From positions 63,736,001 through 63,800,000 of the forward strand of contig OZ024745.1 in assembly GCA_964016885.1 (NCBI GenBank): a DNA stretch of 64,000 nt, read 5' to 3'. A program made the translations under genes and the position numbers. Positions 53,201-64,000 of the stretch are shown here, piece after piece. Position 1 is the first letter of the stretch, and every line of letters starts with the position of its first letter. This stretch comes from Eledone cirrhosa (Eukaryota). The notes below the pieces were generated by a model. The model made no database searches and had not been told where the DNA came from. It worked only from the letters and a program-made list of their open reading frames with translations.

Positions 53201-55399
53201 TATGTGGGTCACTCTCATTCATATGTAGGCTGCCGTAAATACAACTGTGGCTATTCATATTAAATCTCCTTAAAATGTGTTTAACGACGACTTTGTTCAT
53301 CAGTCAAGATCAACTTTGATTTCTCGTAGCCTACTGCATGCAGTATTTTTATTTGCAATATAGCTTTCTCTATCCGTTGAAAGTAACCAATCATCTAGAT
53401 GTTTTGCTAGGGAGTATAGCTTTATCTCTCAAATCCTTAGATATGTAAAGATGTAATCAAAGAAGCTCTATTTTATAAATTCCGATTTCAAACCAAAATG
53501 TTAACGGGCGTCAACTTCTTTATTAATCACATGAAAAGGCTTTATGTGAAAATGCAACCCGAAAATTTGTGGACAGTTGGATGTTATTTATGCACTACCG
53601 GAAGTTTAAAAGTTGACTCAGGTGGGAATTGAACTGAGACCATAATGGTACGTAAATAAATACAGTGAGTTGAATTATCCGTGGATATCCAACGCACTTT
53701 ATATAAATAAGAACGAACGTAAAAAGTAGTTATTCTACAGAATGTAGATAAATTGCTTTTCTTAGTTCAGATTCTGACAGAGGAAAATGTACATACATTA
53801 AATTCTGACGACAAAAGAGCGAGACTTATTTAATTAATGAATCAATTTGAACTACTCCATCCTTTCTCAAACGTTTTATTTCTGCCAATGTGAAAGTTTG
53901 ACAGTTTTTCGACTATGGATGAAAACCCAATATCTTTAAAAAGTTGAAGATAAAACCCTGTGCAGAAAAATAACTTTTCAATGGAATTTGTAGGGCGGGG
54001 AAATTTAAAGTCCAATCAGGAATCGAAACCTGGTTCATTGGCTAGATAAACACATTGGATTTTCTCTACCTTTGTTTCTACGTCAATTTTCAATTTTCAC
54101 AGTGATAAAATAAATAGTGTTGATTCCTACTTTTGAAAACAAATACCAAATATCTTAAAGCCAGCTTTAATTATTATTGAAGTAAAATACGATCGAATAA
54201 TTAGGACGGTATAAGAAGGTTGTTTACAACGGCGAAAACACAGAACCTATTTAAAAAACATTGATCCACGTTTGTGAAGTGATCGGATAGTTTGCAACTT
54301 GTTTTCCAAGTTTATATTTGTTTTATTTTGTTTGTGTGTGCTTTTGATGCTGTTCGTGTTACTAGATAAGAGATACTTTATACCATCTGTTCCAAACTGT
54401 TAGTGTTGTGTTCGTGACGTAAGCAATCTCAGATTCCGACTAGCAATACTGATAATATTTTCATGACATCGGGAAACTAAAATATACAAAAATAATATAT
54501 AAATGAAATAAATAAATTAGAATAACACTAAAACAAAACTGAACCAAACAAACAGGTGCATTTTAGTCAGTTTTACTGCAGCGCATGCACTTAAACCCAC
54601 TCTTTAGTGAATGGTCTTTCTGAGCACATGTGTATATGTTTGTGTGTTTGTATTATACACTTATGCATGTTTCTATGTATATATGCATATATATAAATGT
54701 GCGTGTGTGTGTATGTTTATTACACATACATACACGAATATATATATATATATATATAATATAATATATATATATATATATATATACAGAGAGAGAGAGA
54801 AATATATAGAAATATAGATATAGATATAGATATAGATATAGATATATATGTGTGAATGTTTTTCGTGCCTATGTATTAATGTGTATAACTTAGGTGTTGA
54901 GATAGTTAAGATAGGCAGTGTTACTAAGGCGTCGATATTCATTGCCTTTTATCTCATAAACTCTATGCACTTCGATATGCGTATGGTACTCCATCTAATC
55001 TCTCCATCTGAACATCGTGGGGTTAAGTATTAGATATTGGTGAAGATAGAAAATGGCTGGATTAAATAGATATCAAGTGTTGTGCATTGTGTTTCTTCTT
55101 TCTTGTCACTAACTTCTATTTATTATCCATTATCACTTCCAGACTCGATAACTCGGCACAGGCATGGCCAAATAGTTGACACGTCTATTTTGTAATAGAT
55201 AACATTGATAACATTAATCAGGTCTTTAGCTAAGTAGTTTTATCTGTCGTATGTCATATGTCATATGTCATATGTCATACGATTTTTGAATGAAAGAGTT
55301 TACAGAAATTGAACCTCAATCTACTTGATTGAGTCTACCTTTTCTTCTTTGTTAAATCTAGACTATCATTAGGTTCAAAGTATCACAATGGTCTTCCTA

Positions 55400-56620
55400 C
55401 TCATTTAAGGAATCTAATCGCTTCCAATGTGTCCAATCGTCTGAGGCAACGATGTTGTCCTGTTCTTTCCCACAACTAATCTTAGAGGCCATGAAGAAAC
55501 AAAAGGAGTTTTTCTTCATGTTCTGATTCGACTGATATACTAATCTATCAATTAATCTATGTTTTTCTTAAAAGATATTCCTGGATATCTGATTATCCAT
55601 CATCAGTATGAAAAATAACATAAATTTCATTAAAAAAAGACAATTCGGCTATAATCGCGAAATATTCTTACAAATTCCTGTCCTGCACCTGTTCTACAAT
55701 GTTTATCATGATGTGTAGGTTGTTGTGGATCGATCTATGTGTCGCATAGGTATGCCTGTCCCCGACTATATTGCCAATAACAAGCACAAAAAGTTCGGCA
55801 AGCAACTTTGCTAAAATGTTCAGTTCTGTGTTCGGCAAAGCTACCAACCTCAAGTTCTTTGTCACGTCCCCCTTGCTCATGTATTTTCCTAGCACCTCGG
55901 CTCATATACCTGTGAATACTACCAATCAGTTGTCAGCATCTCAAGCATGCTGAAAAGACAGTAGATAACAAGTCTGGTATATAGGTGTAGATGTTTAAGG
56001 TCTGGCCATAAAATCTTGGAGATTTGCCTCTCACACTGTGACTCAGCAGATCCACCAATTCGTCTGCTAGGATGGGTTATATGACCATTATTTTTAAACC
56101 TGCGTTTTATAGAGTAACGAGCCCGACGTTTCTTATTGCGTTTTCTTGTTTGGGTTATTTTACGGCATAGTCCCCATTTCCGGCTCCAGCTGCCTGCTGC
56201 AGCAAACAATAAAGAAAAATTCTGGCATGCGAAAATAGAGCACGTATGACAGACTATATGAACCAGGTTATTTTCCCTTGCACAGCGGCTCAGTGCATTC
56301 AACATTTCTTCTTGCCATGCGTTATTTTAGCAGTGCTTTACACTTCTTGGACGGTAGGCATTTTTGTGGGAGGCATTTATCCCCTTGTCTACACCTCGTT
56401 ACATCTCACAAAACATTTCGGGACAATTCTGCAAAAAAAACATTTCGTCCAGGTTCGGATAGCGTTTGCCCACGGTGGTTGGTCAGAGATCGAATCAACG
56501 CCCTGTTACTATGCTGCGCGTCCATTACTCAGGCATATTGGATGGCTTCCGAAGCTTTGTGTTTCAGTATATACACGTTATCACGAACAACGAATCCTTT
56601 TTCACCTGTCGAATAAATGT
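55400..56620 (-). pseudogene. Old decayed Tx1-clade ORF2 remnant
   Basis: KGDVTKNLRLVALPNTELNILAKLLA...RSIHNNLHIM aligns with ORF 43549; upstream EEMLNALSRC...SLSYVLYFRMP resembles the pre-RT linker. Confidence 0.7.
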
Positions 56621-59600
56621 CCACTCTGGACGTTTCTACGACGTTTGAGTTATCTCTTTTCTTCGCCTCTTCTAAGTGATACTTTAGCTCTTTCTTTACT
56701 CTATCATTCTCTTTGTCTCTCTAGATTATAAAGTACTAATGCAAATATTATTTTTTCTACCAACCCCTCCAGCCCACAGAACTAGCTATTCCTCCATTCT
56801 ACTGGCTTTAGTATAGACGTCCGCTAAAATATTGCAGAACATGTATGGCATGTAAATGTAAATTCACAGGGCAGACCTTCCAATACCAGCTATTTGCCCA
56901 ATGGGCAGCTAGCTATTGCCTCTTATATTTGAAGTTGCCCACCAAGGGAGGCAGTGTACTCCATCCTTCAATTCGGTTCACAGCTTATACCGAGGTGCTG
57001 ACTGAAGTGCCACTGAAATACAACACAGATTTCCTTCGATTTGAGCACCCGTCATGGTCAGCCAAAAAAATAAAAAACGAATTATGACTTTATTCACATG
57101 TTGCGCTTCAGTCATTCACGTCCATATGACTTCCTTCGATTAATTTGTGTCTCAGAGCACACAACCGAGTTTTTGACAACGCAGCCTTCTTGTTTCGTGT
57201 TGAAAGTTTGGACGACCATTCTAATGACCCATTTTATAGTGAACTACCATTTGTAGTTTGATGATAAAACTCGTGAATGCTGGCATAACTAAATCAAGAA
57301 AGGGTGAAAGGTAAAACTGAACCCAGCAGGATTCGAACTCCGGACGTGAATGACCTTAACTAAGTACTACACATAATGTTCTACTGAGTCTGTTCTTTAC
57401 AAATGTTGGTTCACGTACCTATCTTTTGTTCTGATGAATAAGGTTTGAAACCGTGTTTCTAATATTTTAGGTCATCAGGACATTGATCGAGAAAGGAAAT
57501 AATCAAACATTCCTCAACCATTTACAGCCCGTCTTTCCTTCTGGGTCAAACTTAAATGTTTATTTTCTGTCGTATGCAGTTGAACTGTGATTTCAAGGAA
57601 ATTTTCTTGAGTTTTTTAAGATTGTTTTGGCTCAATCATTGGCCATATAGATCTATTTGTAATATTTTTTTTTTTTTTTTTGCGAATAGGGTGTATTATT
57701 TAACAAGCCAACCAGCAACAAAAAAGCAATGAAATTGTAAAAATAGTAGAATCTCTTAGAACAACTGCAATGTATGGTTATAATGCAAAAGAATAACAAA
57801 AGCTAAAGATGATTAATATTTATATCTCCTATAATTAGAATAGTTCCGATTTACAGAAGGGAAAAACTTTAAAATTATGGCGTTCATACGTTTTCAGTGA
57901 TTATTAGCGAAGAAGCTTATTAATTATAAAGGAAGCAAGAATAACGAAACGATGCGAATAAAATACGAATAGCTTCTGGGGATTTCCTAAAGTTTACCTG
58001 AAATATATATAACTATATTTGTCTTTTAATTGAATATCATATTGGGTTTTATCGAAAATTCAAAATTCTATTTTCGTCTAAATAATTTCTCAGTGAGAAA
58101 TAATCATAAATATGTGAGAAAGATATATAATTTATTTGAAACAATATAAATACATGCTTCGTACTATCTAGCAAGAATAGAATATGTGCAAAATGACGTA
58201 TAATCTCTACCGTCCCGGCTAGTCCACCGATGTCCGTTGATTTAATAAATGAAATATAAAAATTAATGTGCAGTATTTTAACACATATTTCGTCAGGTTA
58301 TATGCGTTATATGATATATGTATAGATATATAGATATATATACGTATTATTAACTAAGAAACAAACAATTTTTCTAATAATAGATTTCAATACATAAAAT
58401 CTATATAAAAAAATATCCTTATATTTCTTAGAAAATAAGCCAATGTAAAAGGAAAATGTCACATCACTTCCGAAAAATATAAAAGACCCAATTTTGAAAA
58501 TATATCAATACATATCTTTTAGAAATATCTTTGCTCATAAAGTTTACGTATCTATTTAGGTAAAAGTGAATTGTTGCCGCCAACTGTCAGAAAAATATAA
58601 TCCTGAAACAGAAGGTCTGAAAAATGTCGTCTAACTCAAGCACCCTTGTATAAGAGAAGGGTATTGAATGAATTACATTAGCTAAACAATTTTATAAAAC
58701 ATCGTAAGTGAAACAGCTGCAATTGATGATAAAACAACAAAATAATGGGATGGTGCTAAATAACCAAAACGGTACACATGGTATAGAATTTAGTGAAATA
58801 TGTCACACATACAAAAATACATACAAATGTATGTATATGTGAGTATACGTATGACTGTGTGTGTATGTATGTGTGTTATAGTTTAGTTTCATTTGTAAGT
58901 ATAACTTGATACGGTCCATTATCATTTGGTGGAAAAGGTGTTTTATTTTGTTTTAAACGTATCCTTTTTCACAGTTTTTTTGCTAAAACCACCGAGTAAT
59001 ATCACTCCCATGCTAGAGAGATTGGCTTTCTCAAGGATAATGCTGTTCTTATCGCTGTCATTGCAAATGATATTCATGCTCTGCCACTTTTGTCTCGTAT
59101 AAGTGCATGTAGCTTTTTGCAGTCGAACGTACATGACTATGATCTGCCGAATAAAATGGATTATATTCGATATATTTTGCACCTAACTTTGACTGAATTA
59201 TGCGTGATGTTTCGCAGCCGCACCATCAGTTTTGTGAATAACGAGGTGGCCTTGTTATCCTTATATCTATGTTTACACTGAGACCATTACCACTAGTGAT
59301 TATACTGCCCAGCAAATAAAAGTGGTTTCCCTCTCTTATCTCTATTCTCACAGTCTGGGGTGCTCAAATGTGTATTTTGCAATTCGACTGAAGGTGAATA
59401 CGTACAGACAATATCTGAAGATAACCTGTTCAAGTTTTCATACTCCAATATAATTGTTAGTGAGAAGAATTCTCGCTGATGATTATTTGGGATTTATAGT
59501 CCATAATGCGAAAGACATCTGCTGTCACAATAATGGGCTTAAAGATGAATACCCATAAGACTGGAGATTTTATCAGCCAAGTCATGACGCTAGCTAATGG

Positions 59601-60273
59601 GTAAAACCTGTATACTGTTTATATATTTCTTACAAATACAAAGTATTGACAAAAACGAGAGAAAACGAATTCATGTCGCATTAGATGAAAACTTAATGTT
59701 GAGAATTAGTATATGAAGATGAGAATAACATTTTCACATAAGATTTGTGTAATATTTTATGAAAAGGTTTGTAGAAGAGAGAAATATCATGGACATACTG
59801 AGAAATGACTCAAAAATGTCATTTCTTAGGAATGGTTAACGATAAAGGACAGGGGTGAATAAATGTGAATAAAAACATCTATAGTTTATAGAATATATTT
59901 GTTTAAACATACTTGCATGCAGTGAGAAGATACTAAAGGTCAGATTACAAGTTAAAAATAGCATGTGGATTTTAATTTGAGATTTTAATCTTCCGAGCAA
60001 AATGATATTTCCACACATACACATGTCAAAGACGAAGGTTATGTTGGTAAGGTGAGAGCTCTTTAATTTACCGGAAATAGATGAACGAAATCGTTGAAAG
60101 CCGTTTTGTGACTCGGGATGATGACTGATGACTCATTTTTTTTACTTAAGTATAAAACACTTGTATCATAAGAAGCGACAGTCTTCGTTAATAATAATCG
60201 TATATAATTTTAACTTCCTGAACTATGCTAATTATAATATATGGAAACTTGATATTATTTACGCAATGTTTAT

Positions 60274-60374
60274 ACATAAGAGCAAGAATGAAGTGACATG
60301 GCTATAAAATTGAGGCTTGTTTGCAAAATTACAAACGAATCGAATGTTATTATTAATATTCGAAAATCTCAGAT

Positions 60375-60454
<80 letters not shown>

Positions 60455-60555
60455 ATCTGAGATTTTCGAATATTAATAATAACATTCGATTCGTTTGTAA
60501 TTTTGCAAACAAGCCTCAATTTTATAGCCATGTCACTTCATTCTTGTTCTTATGT
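60274..60555. repeat. Near-perfect 282-bp palindrome centred on (TA)n
   Basis: ~105-bp arms are reverse complements; same family as 9354-9777. Confidence 0.92.
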
Positions 60556-60682
60556 TGGCATGCGAACAGAACTGCAGACACTAATGTTTCTGGGTATCAC
60601 CCTTCATCAGTACAGCTCATTGTTCACCTGCCAAACTGTCAGAGCTAGTGAAAATATATGCTATTTTCAAAAATTTACAGTG

Positions 60683-60782
60683 ACTGATCGGCCTGATTTG
60701 CATATTAGCAGACTGGATGATCAGTCAGATCTGCATATTAGCAGATCCTCTGATCAGCCAGATTTGCATATCAGCAGACTGG
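60683..60782. repeat. Three ~33-bp tandem units
   Basis: TGATC(G/A)G(C/T)C(T/A)GAT(T/C)TGCATAT(T/C)AGCAGA repeated three times. Confidence 0.85.
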
Positions 60783-60800
60783 CCTGTCAGTTTCCTTTAT

Positions 60801-60830
60801 ACTAGCAATAAATGGCCGGCTTTGCCAAAT
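60801..60830 (-). mobile_element. Possible isolated Helitron-like 3' end
   Basis: Minus strand GGCAAAGCCGGCCATTTATTGCTAGT resembles the end at 7-35. Confidence 0.35.
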
Positions 60831-60936
60831 TCAAATAAAAAAGAGAAATGTAGAGCGAAATTTTCTTTATATATATATAAAAGGAAAAAATGAAACGAAA
60901 TTTCATTTCTCACTCTTAGTATGACTGTTACTTAAA

Positions 60937-61345
60937 TATAAGTATGTATGCGTACATACATATATGTATACAGACGTACAGTAGTATGTATATATATACA
61001 TACATGCACACATATATATATATATGTACGTATGGATTTAGCGAACATTTATTATAATGCTCGGTTTATTTGTAAACAAACATCACAAATTAAGCCGTAC
61101 AGTGTTTAGCAACAATCTTTGCCCTTTTGTTCAACACTCATCGTTCCTTTGTCAGTGTTGAACAAAAGGGCAACGATGGTTGCTAAACACTGTACGGCTT
61201 AATTTGGGATGTTTGTTTACAAATAAACCGAGCATTACAATAAATATTTGGTAAATCCATACGTACATATATATATGTGTGCATGTATGTATATATATAC
61301 ATACTACTGTACGTCTGTATACATATATGTATGTACGTATACATA

Positions 61346-61350
<5 letters not shown>
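60937..61350. repeat. ~410-bp foldback with ~200-bp arms
   Basis: Arms mirror around a ~16-nt loop at ~61139-61154. Confidence 0.9.
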
Positions 61351-61389
<39 letters not shown>

Positions 61390-61393
<4 letters not shown>

Positions 61394-61801
61394 TACTTGG
61401 GGAGGGTCATATTTGTGTAATAATATTGACAGAATTAATAACAGAACACACGCACTGTTTGGTTGGTTTTCGCTCTGTGTCTTTTATATCGGTTAATTTA
61501 ATTTATTCGGTCCTCAATGTTACCATTGACTGACCAACGGTCAAAAATACAGATACAATATAGTCTAACAAAGTTCTTTCGTTGCACATCTGCAACATCG
61601 TCAGTGGTGCTATTATGTTTCCTCCCGTTGTATTGTATGCTTACGCCAACTTTATTTAGTCCGTTTATTTATTTATTTGTTTATTTGTTTGTGTTCTCTG
61701 CGCATACGTTTGCGTGTGTGTATAGTGTTTTGTTTGATGTGTGTTCGTGTTTGGGTGACTGGCAATATTATTACACAAATATGACCCTCCACAAGTATAA
61801 C
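61390..61801 (-). mobile_element. Solo pLTR of the 22800 PLE family with ~40-bp inverted end
   Basis: 61390-61760 matches ~24203-24800 without the SINE; 61762-61801 is an inverted copy of 61390-61429. Confidence 0.88.
61560..61613 (-). ncRNA. Hammerhead motif identical to 24355-24408
   Basis: Same core and stems. Confidence 0.7.
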
Positions 61802-61849
61802 AATATTTGTTTCGACACACTATTTCATATCAAAAACCTCACAAAACTA

Positions 61850-61881
<32 letters not shown>

Positions 61882-62149
61882 CCAGGGGGTGTAACTTGGA
61901 GTTACTGCAGGTTCACCCGGGAGAGCAGTCGATGTTTAGGTTCACTTCTGTGATGAGGTGTAGAGCTATACAGAGTGTAATATATGAAAGGATAACAAGG
62001 ACGATTGATTACTCTTTCATTGCATTTATTGATAGGTGACGCGCGTTTCGCCACTGATCAGCTCAAGGTTTGATCTGTATCGATACTACCCGACGCAATA
62101 ATCGGCTGCTCGACGGATCCTTTTAAAATGCTATAAGAAAATGAAATAC

Positions 62150-63423
62150 ATGCTATGTGGTAAAGTCAGAGTTTCAAGAGTTTCCGTCTATCGCACACGT
62201 TTGCGTAGCAATAGAGACAAAAGACATAACGCCAATAGATTACTTGGAACCACTATGACACATACGCCTGACAAAAACACACACAAACTACCACCCAACC
62301 ACAAAAACCTCACTAAACACCGCAGAAACCGAAGTAGACCTGTCACATGGTATAACGCCCCGTATACTAGACACGTCGCCACTAACATACTGGGAACCTT
62401 CTTCAGGGCTCTCGAACACATAAATACCACAAACTCTTCAATAGACACACTGTAAAATTCTCTTTCTCCACAGCACCAAATCTAGGCCACACAATAGCAC
62501 ACACTAATAGGGCAAAAATACGAAAACACATGGTTGCTCCACAACAAACCACCACCACAACCCAGAACGAAACCACACACACAACACAACACAACAACCC
62601 ACACACCAGACCCACACCACATGACACCAACCGTCAACGTGCCACCACACCGGTTACACCCAACTGCAACTGCAAAAAAAACGGGCCGAATGCCTACTAA
62701 ACGGGGAGTGCCTCGTTAAATATATTGTTTACCGGTGTGATGTCACAGCCGGCAATAAAGAGTACTCATATATAGGTGCGACATCCACTACGTTTAAGGA
62801 GCGCTGGAATAACCACAGAAGCTCCTTCAAACATAGACTGAAACGACCCCAAACCAGACTGGCCGATTTGATCTGGGACCTAAATGACAGGAATATTGAA
62901 CCCCAGATCTCGTAGTCAGTGAAAAGACGCGTGGCACAACTCCCCAGTGGCAGAAACCACAGCAGATTATGCCTGGTTGAGGCGGCGGAAATAATTAAAT
63001 TAAAATCCGCCATAAACTATAGGTCGGACATAATTGTCAATTGCAGACACACCAGGCTGAACACCTTTTCCGCACAAACATTCGGGGGAGGGCAACGCAC
63101 TAACCATGACCCACCATAATAATAACCACCTCTGCCCCGTATCACCATCGCCCATCTCAGCGAATTTATTAATTTTATTTTATTTTATCTTATTTTATTG
63201 TATTGCATGTAACCATTTGTAAGCCCGTATTTTGTATATCTTGCCGCATACATCACCCCCACCAAAAATCACACTAACCATGACCCAGCATAATAATAAC
63301 CACCTCTGGCCCGTCTCACCATCGCCCATCTCAGCGAATTTATTTTATTGTACTGCATGTGACCATTTCTAAGCCCGTATTTTGTATATCATGCCGCATA
63401 CATCACCCCCACCAAAAATCACA
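62150..63423 (+). mobile_element. 5'-truncated Naiad-like PLE (thumb and GIY-YIG pseudogene ~62330-63075); 3' region probably runs beyond the window
   Basis: RSRPVTWYNAPY, FSFSTAPNL, CNCKK..ECLLNGEC, IVYRC...YIGATSTTFKERWNNH, RLCLVE, CRH; frameshifts and a TAG; ~160-bp tandem duplication at 63099-63423. Confidence 0.88.
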
Positions 63424-64000
63424 TCGCCATACACCCCTCATCCTTGCAACATTGTGTTCGATCGGTCTTCTATGATAGGTTTTACCTTACAATCCATAGT
63501 AACATCGGATCTTGTAAATACAATGTCTATCATATCACACCATCGCCACCACCACCACCACACCACACATCGTCATATGTCTACCATACACATCCGCAAC
63601 CTTATCCCCCATGTTCCCTCTGTCTACCCTAACCTACAACTCCACGCTAAATTCGACCCTCTAAATGTACTGTCGCACACACCACCACCGCCACCACTAG
63701 ATACATCCACATACATCATTAACATCATCAGCACATATCATCCCTCACTCCCAGATCGACTGTATTATACCCCCCCCCCCGGCTGCCTTACCCTGTAACA
63801 TACCGTAACTTCTGATCATGTAATCATCTTGTCGAACATATCACCCCAGCACCACCACCACCACCATGACCACAACACACATCGCCATACGTCCATAAAC
63901 TCTTCTCCCCCGCGTTCCCTATGTCACCTTTTAACCTGTAACCCATCGCACTATTCGATCCTGTATATTTTTGTCGCTCACAACTCCACCACCACAAGAC

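Noticed and set aside
52000-53300. Protocadherin or other host exon
   Set aside because: No DxNDN or LDRE motifs and many stops; fits a decayed PLE RT better.
57400-60200. Host exons in AT-rich unique sequence
   Set aside because: No supportable ORF or motif; small exons cannot be excluded without transcript data.

Overview
AT-rich, microsatellite-dense eukaryotic DNA with no recognisable host gene. The tRNA-derived SINEs and repeat mix suggest an octopus-like cephalopod (inference). Nearly all interpretable sequence is retroelement-derived. (1) Penelope-like elements (PLEs) of several ages, three with a CxC-x5-C-x5-C linker plus GIY-YIG endonuclease (Naiad-like); two sit inside long inverted repeats. 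(2) Minimal type I hammerhead ribozyme (HHR) motifs in their terminal repeats: four families with a complete core (seven copies; two families have greatly enlarged stem II) plus truncated or decayed cores. (3) R4/Dong-like LINEs stacked in (TACA)n and (TAA)n tracts. (4) L1/Tx1-clade LINEs ending in (ATT)n. (5) RTE-like remnants, about a dozen copies of one SINE, a CORE-like SINE, foldback/MITE elements and two Helitron-like ends. The most striking object is 6512-9328: ~930-bp near-identical inverted arms, each with an intact-looking HHR, enclosing only an intact 148-aa GIY-YIG ORF and no RT. All calls were made by eye; no database search or folding program was run.
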